NCBI RefSeq assembly: GCF_964204865.1
Contig: NC_135250.1
Span: 20,336,001 to 20,400,000 of the forward strand
From: Styela clava
Taxonomy: Eukaryota
Reading direction: 5' to 3'
Length of the DNA: 64,000 nucleotides
A program made the position numbers and the translations under genes. Shown piece by piece: positions 1 to 12,383 of the stretch (positions within the stretch are counted from its first letter, which is position 1; each line of letters opens with the position of its first letter). The notes under the pieces are model-generated. The model saw only the letters and a list, made by a program, of their open reading frames with translations. It searched no databases and was not told where the DNA came from.

Positions 1-570
1 GAAGGGAAGGTCCTAGTAATCTCTCTGCCTTGGTGAGCTTAAGGTGATGCTTGAGAAGGACATCACGCTCTTCCAAGACAGAGTTGAAGTCGCAAAAAAT
101 TATTATAGGATCCTAGGAAACAAGAGTCTGGAATACACCGCACATCTTCTCTATGAAGTTGTCTGGGTTATGCCTCGGACCGACGGGACGTAAGCATCAA
201 TTAGACAAAAAATACTATTATTATACACCAGTCCAGTCGGTAAAGTATATGAGGAATTAGAACCTTGTACGTTACAACCGTACAATCAGTAATTTATTTT
301 TTCACCATGTTGAAAGTGCACACTTACAAATTGTAATAAATTATACATGAAAAAATAGCATTACAGGGTGAAAGGACACACGGGAAACCAAAAAATGGTT
401 ATCGAGCAGTGGTACCTAAAAAAAGTCTAACAGAACACGAGAAGAAAGAATCGAACAATAGGTAATAAAAAAACACTAAACACGACTAAGCCATCAGGTG
501 TATCGAGCAGTCGCGCGTTTCCACAGAATGAAAACGACTCCTAGCACTGTCGATTAAGGTAACCATGAAG

Positions 571-925
571 ATGAAAAATCACGACAATTATAGCATTGTG
601 AGGGTGTCGTAGGTTACATAGTTAGGGTGGAACCATGATAGCTGTGAAGTCATCGATAGTGCAACTAACTTCCAGGATTGCGAAAAAACTACTGGTTGTT
701 GTACATACACACAGCTGGACTAATAAAACAAATAATCAAATCTTCGATGGTATGGTGGAAATAGGATATAGACGTGTTACGGTACCAAACTTGGTACCGG
801 TACCGTACTGCTGTACTGTAGTCAGTTGCATCGGTGCTGGAGTCCTTGTTTTACATACAGAATTAACGAAATTGGAAAAAATAGGAATAATTGAATTAAT
901 CGACAACAGTCATACAAAAACATGA
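571..925 (+). pseudogene. Possible ancient LINE apurinic-endonuclease fragment
   Basis: Reads HDNYSIVR...GGTMIAVKSSI across frameshifts and stops, resembling the Y-x-x-x-R...GGGV-x-I-x-V motif of LINE APE domains. No other motif is confidently seen. Confidence 0.25.
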
Positions 926-1168
926 AGGTACATGGCTGAACTGGCCACTTCATAGGCTATAAGTAATAAGATAAACAAGGGTGGATTGATAAAATACAGG
1001 GATAGGAAAAAATCGTATATCATAGACGTTACATTAACGTTCTTAATGGAGTAGGTAACAACCTGCAATTGTTTTTAATAAATTTATGATTGCTGGAAAG
1101 TCAAACACATGATTATAGTGGAGGTCAAATAAGTGCCAACTATTTTAAATCACAATGAATATACAAAT

Positions 1169-1383
1169 TGTAATGAAATTGAATTAGCGCCACCTAATGT
1201 GGCCAACGTGGCACCATCGTTAATAGTCTCGTGGCAATGCGAAGGTTTTATTTGGTTAGCGTGCGTCAGGATTGCTACATTTTGTAACTTGTTCTTTTTC
1301 TTGTTTTAGTATAGTAGTATCTTTAAGATATTAAAAGACTAGATAACTGTCTAAATGAGTTTTCCTCGAATGGTTTCACTACA
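1169..1383 (+). repeat. 5' LTR of gypsy element
   Basis: TGTAATGAAATT...TTTCACTACA; direct repeat of 7038-7251, roughly 90% identical by eye. Confidence 0.95.
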
Positions 1384-1991
1384 ATTTTATTAAAGGTGGG
1401 TTATCACGCAAACATTTTTGTGGAAAATTTGATGCTATATATTTTTTTAAGATTTTTAACGTTTACCGCTTGCATAAAATGGACTTAGTTTTCTACTTAC
1501 GAATTTTCAAAAACCGCTTCAACGAAAATCGACCCAGGTTCGGAAACGGCCTTTGATGACGTAGTAGTGAGAACGCATTCCAGAAATTAGCTCTCCCGCC
1601 AGTGGCGAGTAAGGTGTTCAACCTCTGTTTTTGGCGTTTAAATCTAGTTTCTCGTCGCTTAGTTTAATAAAGATTGAAACACTGATGTATTGTTAAGCAT
1701 AAATGCTAATGCATAAGAAGTTCTGAATGTGAGGGGATCAAGCCACGGCGTTTTATGTAATGATCGTACCGGTACGTCAGGAGGCTTTGAAGAACTAATT
1801 CTAGAGTAAGTATTTACCACTTTATTTCGTTTATCGACTGTTTGATAAAATATTTAGTCAAAGCATGATGATACCCAGTCACACTTTTGTATGAACCAAA
1901 TACAAATCGCCAATTTGTACATTTACCAAAAGGGTGATAGTCTACTACCGGTACCAGATAAACGTAGAATCCCAATAATGGGTCATTTTTT

Positions 1992-2474
1992 TAATGGACA
2001 CGTTTAGTGGACATAACGATCGTTTCAATATTATGTTGTTATTGGACACGTAATGGACATAGCGATCGTTTCAATATTATGTTGATGTTGTTCTTAGTGT
2101 CCTTGTTCTTTGGCACGTTTTGAAGAAATCGCTTTTCTCTTCGAATACTGGACCAATTGCTTTGAAATTTTCAGCGGTTGAAGATAAAAATTTTCTCCAG
2201 AAGGCTATTACTTTTTTTTTTCGCTATGACTTCATCAAAATTATTCCCACTGGGTGGCGCTACGTGTTCATATATTTAAGCATAGCTCTTTTGTTGTTAT
2301 TTGTCTCCATCATTTTCTCTCCGAATACTGGACCAATTGCTTCGAAATTTTCAGTGGTTAAAGATAAAATTTTTCTCCAGAAGGCTATTACTTTTTTTCT
2401 CTCGCTATGACGTCATCAAAATTATTGCTATTGGGTGGCGCTACGTGTCCATATATTTGAGCATAGCTCTCTTG
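1992..2474 (-). mobile_element. Helentron-associated (HINE-like) element, family 2, with internal tandem duplication
   Basis: Inverted homolog of 32776-33132 and 62627-62960 (TGGACACG subterminal motif, GCTCTCTTG end). Inserted in a T-run without TSD (empty site in Kolobok copy 2 near 18075-18095). ~190 bp internal duplication 2120-2300 / 2312-2480. Confidence 0.7.
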
Positions 2475-2997
2475 TATTCATTATTATGCAACAAAACACT
2501 GTTATATGTTGAACCTTACTAAACTGTCTGGTGATATTATCCTGATCTTTTATTTATGTCAGTTCTATCAATTTAACTTGTTTCAGAATACTTCGTTTTC
2601 CAGTGCACTCTGCTATTATCAACACAGTCAAGCTCTTATCGATCAACTAATGGAGATTCGTGACAACACATTTATTGGCATGAATGAATTACATATGATG
2701 AAAACTTGTAATAAAATGTCTAAAATAAATAAAAACTGATTTGAATAACTGCGTGAAGTATTGTTGTTTTGGGCTGTGGGTAAAAGTTTGCATGGATTCC
2801 AACATAATTTTAAGGCTGAAACGATCTTTCGACTTAGAGGTCTTCTTTTAGTTCCATGGAGAGACATCAGAAAAGGTTACTTGCGAAAATTTTATAGTTT
2901 TTTCCTCTTTTCTGCTTCAAGACAGATCCATCCCTGTGAAATCTGCTGTAACCACCAACTACACATTCCATACGTTACGGTAGTGTTTGCGCATATA

Positions 2998-3931
2998 GAG
3001 GACTTGCATGGGTCACGTGACTTTGTTTACTGGACGGCAAAAAAACAAAAACGTCCATTTGGCTCCTGTCAGTTGCAAGTCGGATTATACATTTCCGTTT
3101 TGTTTGACTGTTGAAAATGGTTATTTGGTATTGTTCCGTTGGCTGTACGTATAGTACAAGTACGAAATGGATCTTCAGTTATATTCCACTGTTTTCAAAA
3201 GATACGGAACGTCGCGCCGTGTGGATATCATCTATGGCAGGACTGCTTGGTGTCAAGTCCAGAAGTCATATCGCTTGTGTTTCACTGTTTGCAGACAGCA
3301 CTTCGTTGATGGTGAATGAGAATGTGCCGTTATCAATTTCTTTAAATATTTATAAGCTCCCTCATTTCAATGGAAAGCAGATAATAAACTACTGTTATTG
3401 GTAGGCCTAGGTGTATGCCTACTTGCAGACTTGACTTGTGTAAGGTATTAATCATCAATTGCCATAAGATATTGTTTCCATAGTTAGCAGGTAATCTATT
3501 AGTAAGTGTGAAAAGAATAGATAACTAAAGTTTACCGCCAGTGCTCATGCAAAAAATAACCAGAATTCAATTGAATTCGCCATCTAGGAATACCCTCGCC
3601 ACTGCATTTCTGATCACCCTGGTAGTTTCACAGGTTCCAATACCATGCTGGAATAGTTATGTGCGAGAGGATTGCAGCTCTCCTCCCACTGAGGGTGGTT
3701 CGCACGACCGCCGGCGACGTTCCGGATTTTTTGAAAACAGTGGAATATACGTGAGAATCCATTTCGTTGTCTATACTATACGTACAGCCAACGGAACAAT
3801 ATGAAATAACCATTTTCAACAGCCAAACAAAACGGAAACGTATAATCCGACTTGCAACTGACAGGAGCCAAATGGACGTTTTTGTTTCTTTGCCGTCCAG
3901 TAAACAAAGTCACGTGACCGTGCAGGTCCTC
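2998..3931. mobile_element. Foldback DNA element with ~220 bp TIRs carrying a degenerate THAP domain
   Basis: GAGGACTTGCATGGGTCACGTGAC... / ...GTCACGTGACCGTGCAGGTCCTC flanked by TATA on both sides. THAP motifs CSVGC, FSKDTERRAVW and VCRQHF at 3117-3311, with the first half mirrored on the minus strand at ~3710-3813. Confidence 0.85.
3584..3720 (+). mobile_element. tRNA-derived SINE fragment
   Basis: Matches the head and body of the SINE at 60061-60402 (AGGAATACCCTCGCC...CACAGGTTCC...GTGCGAGAGGATTGC). Confidence 0.6.
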
Positions 3932-4590
3932 TATACCGGTACAGTCAGTTAGTTTATATATATCGAAAATATAATAAAAAGACTAGTTATAGGATCAGAT
4001 AAGCAGAGTAAACACACATGAATTATAAAATCTAGATCATTTGAGACAAAAAATGGCCTGGTATGCACTTTTGACCTAGGAAATATATTGCAGCAAAAGG
4101 TCTGGCACAGAACTCGAGTACGTCTTGACCTCGACTAGTTGAGTTTACTGCAATTTCTCATAATGCAATAATATTATTTAAAGATATTGGTATTGATTTA
4201 AATCACAAAAGCTTCCCCCAAATGCGCCGCCCAATAGAACTAGCACACGGTTCAAAATGTGTACACAGAATGCTATAATTGCCTTTGACCTAATGCAAAG
4301 TTTCGCCGAGGAGCTCTCACCACTACGTCATCAACGGGACATACTAGTTTGTGTTCGATTTCGGCAGGGTCGACTTTTAAAAATACGAGTCTCGCAAACG
4401 AAGTCCATTTTATGCAAACGGTAAACGCCAAAAATCTTAATAAATCATATAGAATCAAATTTGCTACAAAAATGTTTGCGTGATAACCCACCTTTAACTT
4501 AAAAATTAGCTTCGATTTTACCACTGCATAGCGTGGCTCAACAATTGGACAACTGCAAAAGTTTATCCGTCTTGGATAAACTTACCAGTC

Positions 4591-5260
4591 TTGGACACAC
4601 CGCCGAATTTGCCATATGCTCAAAAGGTTTTCAGTCATTGGGAACGCATGATCAAGAGCTTTTTAAATTCTGCAGAAACTGCTAGAGCTTCATCTTTGTC
4701 GCCGGCGACAACAACATTGCCTGTGATTGACAAATTGGCAATTATTGTGGGCTATATGTCTCCTAATGTGTTTGTACATATTGAAGAAATAACAGCATAT
4801 GACACTGCTATTGCCAAATTAGAGAAGTTGTACAAGAAAAAGAAAAATGACGTTTTCGCCAGGCATAAATTGGCGACGAATAAGCAAAGAAGTGGCGAAT
4901 GCGTAACAGAATTTTTCCAACAATTGTCTTCGTTAGCTAAAGACTGCAACTTCGAAGCCGTATCTGCTGATATGTTTAAAGAAGAAGCTATAAGAGATGC
5001 TTTCATAACTGGATTGTAATCCTCCGAAATTCGTCAACGGTTGTTAGAACACGAAGTATTAACACTTGACAAAGCTCTTCAGATTGCAGCTTCATTAGAG
5101 AGCGCCGAAAAGTTTGCTAACTCCTATCAAGAATGTGCGAATGACCAATTAATGACCACATTGTCAGAAAAAGAAGCATCTGAAGCTGTATCAGACACAG
5201 AGAAAAGAAGTGATGATTTCAAATCCATAGCAGTGATATCGAGAACTTCACACTTTGATT
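4591..5260 (+). pseudogene. gag: gag remnant of gypsy element
   Basis: SHWERMIK..., KKNDVFARHKLATNKQRSGECVTEFFQQLSSLAKDCNF...IRDAFITGL, followed by an in-frame stop and LTLDKALQIA. Confidence 0.9.
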
Positions 5261-5264
5261 TTGC

Positions 5265-6800
5265 TGTCAAAGTGACGATGAACGACTGAAAGCATTTCTC
5301 TCTGCTGCCAAAGCTTGGGAGTTAACTTTAAACCAAGATAAATCTTTTTATTCTGCTACTGAACTATCCCTGTTGGGGCATCTAGTATCACATAACACTA
5401 TTAAACCGGATCCTCAGCATTTCAAACCGTTGCTCGACATGAAGCCTCCTCGTGATTCTAAGTGTTTAAAGCGTTGCCTTGGAATGTTTGCTTACTATTC
5501 CAAATGGATTTCTAAATTTTCTGATAAAATAAATTCCTTTACTCGAAATTCGGGGTTTCTACTTTCAAACAATGCTATGAGATGTTTTGAAATTTTGAAC
5601 AGCGAACTACTAAATGCCTGCCTCGGGAGTATAGACGAAAGCAAGACTTTCACCATTAAATGTGATGCGTCTAATAACGCAATAGTTGCTATCTTAAATC
5701 AGTGTTGTCGTCCGGTAGCTTTTACTTCCCGTACACTATCTAAAAATGAAATAAAGTACCCTTCAATTGAGAAAGAAAATGGAGTTATTTGTTACATGGA
5801 AGAAAGTTTTGCTTAATTACAGATCAACTGGCCCTGTCTTTCATTTTCCAAAAAAAAACATAAAAGCAAAATTTTAAAAACACTAAATTGTCATTGTAAA
5901 AATCGGAACTTAGTTTCTACAATTATATTGTTGTTCATCGAGCCGGGATTGATAATGTAGCCCCTGATACAATGTCTCGAATAAGTTGCCTTTTTGGCAA
6001 TCTTGATTTTGACCTCAAAAGTATTCATGAACAACTTGGTCACCCGGGTGTTAGGAGATTGTCACATTTCATCAGATCTAAGAATCTGCCTTTCTTTACT
6101 GAAGATGTAAAACACATTTGCTCCAACTGTCAAGGGTCCCGTTTGCGGTAAAAAGCAGTATATTTTGATAATTGTTGACGAATACAGTCGTTTTCCATTT
6201 GCCTATCCTTGTAAAGATATGACTTATACAACTGTAATACATTGCCTTTTTCCTTATTTTCACTGGTGGGATTACCTGAATACGTACATAGCGATAGAGT
6301 CCGGTCATTCTAATCAAGAGATGTTACGGAGTTTCTTGCAAAAAGGGGCGTTGCTAACAGCAATTCCACTCCGTACCATCCAACAGAAAATGCTCAGTGT
6401 GAAAGGATCAATCAAACGTTATGGAACACTATAAAGCTACTTCTGGCTTCTCGTAAAAAATTACCAGAGGCCGCCTGGGAAATTGTCCTACCTGATGCCT
6501 TGCATAATGTAAGATCTTTATTATGTACGTCTACTAACTCGACTCCACATGAACGGATGTTTGGTTTTCAACGACGATCGATGCTGGGCCAATCGCTCCC
6601 CGATTGGCTACTTTCAAGGGGTAGTGTGTTGCTTCGAAAATTCGTTCGGACAAAGACCGAAGCTCTCTGCGACGTGGTGGATCTATTGGATGCCAATTCC
6701 AAATATGCACTAGTACGCCACTCAGATGGAAGACAAACTACAGTTTCTGTGAAAGACTTGGCGCCATGTCCGGACCAATCTAAAGCTAAACCAACCGAGA
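5265..6800 (+). pseudogene. pol: pol remnant (RT C-terminus, RNase H, integrase); protease and most of RT deleted
   Basis: LGHLVS, CLGMFAYYSKWI, CDAS...RPVAFTSRTL...YPSIEKE, HEQLGHPG..CSNC, IVDEYSRFPFAYPCK, TNSTPHERMF; several frameshifts. Confidence 0.92.
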
Positions 6801-7037
6801 CTCAAAATAATTTGACGCTGATTTGCCAGAAGCTCAGGATGAATTAAATTCTACTTCGGTTGAAAATTCGGAAACTCCCGTAAAAAATACTGAAAACCCT
6901 CAACTTCGTCGCTCTGGTAGAAGACGTAAGAGCCCGGATTGGTACGGAGATAGAATCTCTTAGCTTTATTTGTAATTTTCTTGCATACTTTATATTCTGT
7001 TATATATACATGATCTTTCTGGAGGGGGGGGGGGGAT

Positions 7038-7251
7038 TGTGATGAAATTGAACTAGCGCCACCTAATGTGGCCAACGTGGCACCATCGTTAATAGGCCCG
7101 TGGCAATGCAAAGGTTTTATTTGGTTAGCGTGCGTCAAAATTGCTACATCTTGTAACTTTTTTTTTCTTGTTTTAGTATAGTGGTAATCTATAAGTTAAT
7201 AAAAGCCTAGAAAACTGTCTAAATGAGTTTTCCTCGAATGGTTTGACTACA
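7038..7251 (+). repeat. 3' LTR of gypsy element
   Basis: TGTGATGAAATT...TTTGACTACA, preceded by the polypurine tract and followed by TSD CAAAT. Confidence 0.95.
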
Positions 7252-7559
7252 CAAATCAAATTATTTTTTTGCATAATAAAATATGCTACCAAAAGATTCA
7301 TAATAATGGGGCGACTATGAAATAATTAATTCACAGTTTAATAAGGGGTAAAAACTTTGACACGGTGTGTATCGAGACAATAAAGGAAACAAAAAATTGA
7401 TGAATTAGTTCAATATTTAAATGACTTTGCCCTCATTTCATGATATGTAAAGTACTGTTGTAAGGAAGTGTCAATCAAATGTACTATTAGGACATGCATA
7501 AAAAATGATTCAGTTAATTTCACATAACTAATACATTCAAAAAATGTTTATTTTAGGTA

Positions 7560-9370
7560 GTGTGGATCAATTCAGCTGAGCTGACAATGGCGGGAAAAAT
7601 GTGGAATTCATATCAACCGAATGGGACAACAGTGGGATGGCAAAAAAAAGCATAAATTTTTTATATATATTTTTGAAAGTGTCATACGATGAGAGACGTA
7701 GGTTTTCAAGAATAGTATTCCAAATTATAACACCTTTATATTTTATGGAGTTTTGGGGGTACTAACAAACTGGACTTAGTCAAAGAGCGGGTACTATGGT
7801 CATCCACGTTTTTGAGTGCAACGAAATAGTCGGTGAAAGCCGCGGGCAATTTGTTGTTGTAAAACTGGTGCATGACCTTAGAAATCTCTAATTTATAGAT
7901 ATCAGACCATTTTAGCACCCTGGTCTTAAGGTATAGGGCGTTTAAGTTAGAACGAACAGGTGATCTAGGGAGAATTCTGACAGCCCTATTTTGTAAGATC
8001 TCTAGTTTATGCAATGTTGTTTGAGTGGCAGAGTTCCATGCAGCTATGGCATACTGGATAAAATATGGGTCGCAAGGTAGTGTCCTGTACGTAGTGCCTG
8101 AGCTTCCCAAACAAACTTATGTATTTTATTCGTATGTGAGTTCCAATTTAATTTAATATCTATATGAAGCCCAAGATACTTATATGAATTGACGATTTCA
8201 AGCGTGACACCGTTAATTTTAATCGAGATGTTTGCATGTTTAGCCGAAGTTTTACAGCCAAATAAAATGCCTTTAGATTTTCCTACATTAACTGTTAGTT
8301 TATTGCAAGTCATCCAATCATAAACATTATTTAATTCAGAGTTCACCTTGTCTTGAAGTGTACTCAATTTTTTTGCACTGAGGAGCAATCAAGCATCATC
8401 GGCGAATAATTTGCTCAAGAAATTAGAACAGTTCGAAAGATCGTTTATAAAAATTAAGAAACCAAGGAGACCTAAAACACTTCCTTGTGGGATTTCATAA
8501 AAGATGGGCAACATCGGAGTTTTGTGAGAATCCATCTCCACGTATTGGTATCGACCATGAGGGTAGTCACTTATTAATTTGCCCGCAACACCACGAAAGC
8601 CATATTGTCTCAATTTTTGGGAAAGAATACTATGATTGACAGTGTCGAAGGCATTTTTTAAGTCAAGAAAAATGCATCAAACAACTTCGCCTTTATCAAG
8701 ATGTCGTAAATATATGATATTAGATCTAGGATAGCATGGCTGGTGGAATGATTTGTTTGAAATCCGAATTGACATTTGTTGATTTGGTTAAATTTAGTAC
8801 AAAAATTAGACATTCTCATGTATAATAATTTTTCTAAGACGATGCCAATGGAGGGTAGGATGGAAATAGGTCGGTAGTTTGGAGGATCATTTTTCTTACC
8901 ATTTTTGAAGATTAGTTTCACTCTAGCAATTTTCAGTCAGGAGGGGAAAAAGCCTAATCTAAAAGATAAATTAAAAAAATGACTATGTACTGGGGATAAG
9001 ATATCAGCAACTATTTTTAAGAAGTGAGGTGGAATACCATCTGGTCCAACTGCTTTCCCCTTTTTCAGATTCGTTATCAATTGGGAGATCTCCGTAGAAG
9101 TCGTTAGTCGAGTCGAGTCAGCGAACGATGTTGAACTATGGGCAATTTTATCTGCAAGTTTTTCACCTACTGTTGAGAAGAATTTATTGAATTCACTGGT
9201 CACCATGACGGGGTTAGTCACTGTGGTACCATTTTCGAGTTTCAATTCTGGGATCGGGGTGTCATTTCTGGACCTTATCTTAATAATCTCATTAATAGTT
9301 TTCCAAGTGTGTTTTACACCCCCTCCGTTGATTTTGAGGATATTATGGTAGCGCAGATGTTTTGTTTTCT
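7560..9370 (-). pseudogene. Non-LTR retrotransposon (CR1/L2-like) ORF2 reverse transcriptase remnant
   Basis: KAVGPDGIP, NYRPISILP, QFGFQTNHST, KAFDTVNH, IPQGSVLG, LFADD, YKYLGLHID, LQNRAVR; stops and frameshifts; endonuclease missing. Confidence 0.93.
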
Positions 9371-9389
9371 CTGCAGATGACTTATGATT

Positions 9390-10930
9390 GTCGAGTCTAG
9401 ATCGCCTTTCTTGTTACTCCAGTTTTTCAGTGGCATAATACAGATCTTCTCCAACATCAAATACTAAATCTTCAAGTTCGCGTATTCTTTTACCGTATGA
9501 TGTTAGTTTATCATCCATTGATTTTGTTTCGCAGATAAATCATCGTACATGTTTGAATGAAAACTCTAGGATTTCTTAATTGAAGCTATGTCAAGTTTTA
9601 TCTCTCTCAAGAACTGCATTTGCTATTCCATGCATTCTTTGACATCAGGGCTCAATGGTATATAATCCGAAGTGAGGTTAGCCGGGTTGAAGTTGTCTTC
9701 TAGACACATGGCAATCAAAGCTGGAAGCTGGATCTCTATTTGTCTCGGATGATTCAATGTCGTCCTTTCTACAACGATGGTTTCGTTAAAACCCGAAATT
9801 TACTAGGGGGAGAGTAGAAGAGACGTCTGACAACGAACTCTCTCGTTCCCTCTTATCATCTCTGAAGACAGGGGTTTTGTATTTCAGATTAGCCCAGTTC
9901 GGACCCGGCTCCTTGGTTTTTCGGTGGCTGCGTAGTTTCGTACGTAACGACGCGTGGTTTTCATCAGGACTCTTTGAAAGCTTTGCGATGTCAGGGACAC
10001 CAGCTTCCAGAGTGCCCTCGTCATCATCATTTTCATGGTTTTCCGAGTCTTTTCTTGAACTATTACTAGTATTTTCCACCTCATTTTGTTTTTCTACCAA
10101 GTGCTCCGACTCTCAAATATTACTCGGGATGGGATGGATGTCCACTGTGACTCGACTGATAAAGTTACTACGATTTTTGGAAGTGTATTCTTTATTATTA
10201 TTTTCCTCTACCTGTACTAGCTTTGGTGAAGTGCTAGTTTGTATTTTCGAAAAACTATACCGAGCAGCTTTCACCAAGGCCTTGGATGTAGAATCAACAG
10301 GATTATCGCTCGGAATTACGGATTTGCATGGTACTTCACATTTTTGAGTCACCCCAGATGTTATGGTCAGTGCAATCCCTCTACAAGTGCCCAGAATTTT
10401 TGCTCAATCGGCATGAGGGTGGATCAGTGCACTCACGGGCCAAATATTCGGACTTGAAACAATTCAGACATGTTCCAACGTACATGTCGTCAAGTAAGTA
10501 CGTTTTACAACAGATGCCGCCAACGTTGGTGAAATCAGGAAAACAAGCCTGATCGAAGTCATCAACGATGGCCTGGACATAACCGTTGTATACTTTCGTA
10601 TTTTAAAAAAAATTTTTATAGACCTGCCGGATTTTACCAAATTCAAGCGAGTTTAGCATGTGGGAAATAAGCTCAACTTTCGCTTCTGTAGGAATGACCC
10701 GCACGCTGATACGCGTGCCAGGGCCTCGCAGGAGATAAAATTTTATCGGGCCAGATGATAAATTGATCTGGTTTGCTAGAGTAGACAAAAACCTATCCTG
10801 ATTCACGTCATCTGCAGTCTTGAAAGTAATGTTCCAAAGTCCTCGTCTGATGGGGGGAAACTCCTTCAACCAGGTGTTTAATTAAACGGACGTAGCTTTT
10901 CGACCGATGTAAAAAGGTCGTAGAAAGCTG
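9390..10930 (-). pseudogene. LINE ORF1-like remnant (RRM-like region, two degenerate CCHC knuckles, coiled coil)
   Basis: GLWNITFKT...ISVRVIP; CLNCFKSEYLAREC and CRLSKNSGHL*RDC at ~10370-10475; RIRELEDLV...QERRSRLDN at ~9390-9490. Confidence 0.65.
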
Positions 10931-10974
10931 ACACCGTGGGAATGTCCTGTGAATTTGTTGCGCCCTCCTACTCC

Positions 10975-11700
10975 CCACTGCATTACCTAACTGCCAAAAA
11001 CATAATAATTGCCAAATGTGTTAACGTACTTAATCACTACTCGTTACGTAATCGTCAAATGTTTTAACTTAATTAATCGCCACTACTTTAATTAATTACC
11101 CAAAACATATTCAATTGCTAAATGCTTAAACGTACTAAATCGCCACTTCTTACCTAATCGACAAAAAGCATATTTAATCGGTAAATGCCTCAACCTAATT
11201 AAATTCCAAATGCGGTAACTTACTTAATCGTTACTCCTTACTTAATCGCAAAATGCCTTAACTTACTTAATTGCCACTGCATTACTTAATCGCCAAAGAC
11301 ATATTTAATAGCTAAATGCCTTAACTTACTTGATTGCCAAAAAGCATATTTATTCGCTAAATGCCTTAACTTACTTAATTTCAAAAAAGCATTTTCATCG
11401 CTTAATACCTTGATTTACTTAATCGCCACTGCCTTAATGAATCGTCAAGAAGAATGGTTAATCGTTAAATGCCTTAACTGACTTTATCGCCACTGCCTTA
11501 CCTAATTGTCAAAAACATATTCAATTGCTGAAGCCTAAACATACTTATTCGCCACTGTCTAACTTTGCCAAAAATCCTATTTAATCGCTGAATGTCTTAA
11601 CTTATTCAATCACCACTACCTTACTTAAATGGCCAAAAAGCATACTTATTCGCTAAATGACTTATTAAATCGCCCAAAACATATTTACCTTATTAAATCG
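10975..11700. repeat. Complex minisatellite of 19-26 bp units with TAATCGC core
   Basis: Degenerate units TAATCGCTAAATGCCTTAACTTACT, TAATCGCCACTGCCTTACT and TAATCGCCAAAAACATATT. Second array at 56715-57375. Confidence 0.9.
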
Positions 11701-11985
11701 TCACAAAATGATTTCAGGGGGGCGCGAGAGGTCACAAAATAGAATCGGAAATTTCCATGCAACGGCTTCTAAAAACGGTATCCGCGTTGTGATAAAAATG
11801 CCGACTTTTTCACATCATACTAAATTTTTCTGTCTCGTAATATTCAATCTATGACAACTACAAGAATTCAAAATGTCTCTCTATTTTAATTCATTTGTGT
11901 CCAAGGTAACTTGCGGTGGCGTCGACGGCAAAAAACTCATTACTGATCTAAAATGACACGCCAATATGCGGACACAATAATGTGA
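11700..11985. repeat. Dispersed repeat, unclassified
   Basis: Inverted homolog at ~55545-55850, e.g. AATATTCAATCTATGACAACTAC versus GTAGTTGTCATGAATTGAATATT. Confidence 0.55.
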
Positions 11986-11986
11986 T

Positions 11987-12383
11987 AACGAGAATATCGG
12001 TTGGAAACCGAAGACTTATCGATCAATAGTTAGGGGATCCCCCAAAACAGAAACTGCAGTTTCGATTCATCCGCTCTTGTAACTTGCGCACTGCGCATCG
12101 CACACACACACTCGGCGGGTTTCAAAATTCTCTCGCTTTACAAAAATCTAGATCACTATATCAATAATTGATTGATAACTCGCTAATTATACGACATAAT
12201 TCGCCCAAAATCAATAGGCTTCTGGTCCGAGATAAGATGAATGCACATGCAAAATCTGGAGCAGATTCAATCTCGCTTTCGTGAGATATCGCGTGCATCT
12301 AACAGACAGACACACGGACAGACAGACATACATACATACAAATACCTATCAATATACTTACCGATCTTAAGATCGATAAGTAA
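11987..12383. mobile_element. Helentron-associated (HINE/DINE-1-like) element, family 1
   Basis: Hairpin TCGGTTGGAAACCGA, subterminal inverted repeats ACTTATCGATC / GATCGATAAGT, (GACA)n(CATA)n microsatellite, no TSD. Confidence 0.8.

Larger units (their letters stand above)
1394..4493. mobile_element. Non-autonomous Kolobok-type DNA transposon, copy 1
   Basis: TTAA on both sides (1390-1393, 4494-4497); termini AGGTGGGTTATCACGCAAACATTTTTG / CAAAAATGTTTGCGTGATAACCCACCT with ~200 bp imperfect TIRs. TTAA TSD plus 5'-RR ends is the Kolobok signature. Second copy at 14737-18676. Confidence 0.85.
1169..7251 (+). mobile_element. Decayed Ty3/gypsy LTR retrotransposon with nested insertions
   Basis: Two ~215 bp TG...CA LTRs, 5-bp TSD CAAAT (1164-1168 and 7252-7256), G-rich polypurine tract at 7021-7036, and gag, RT-end, RNase H, integrase remnants in gypsy order. 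Confidence 0.95.

Noticed and set aside
10975-11700. CRISPR-like array (also 56715-57375)
   Set aside because: Units are degenerate and contiguous, with no unique spacers and no cas genes; eukaryotic context.
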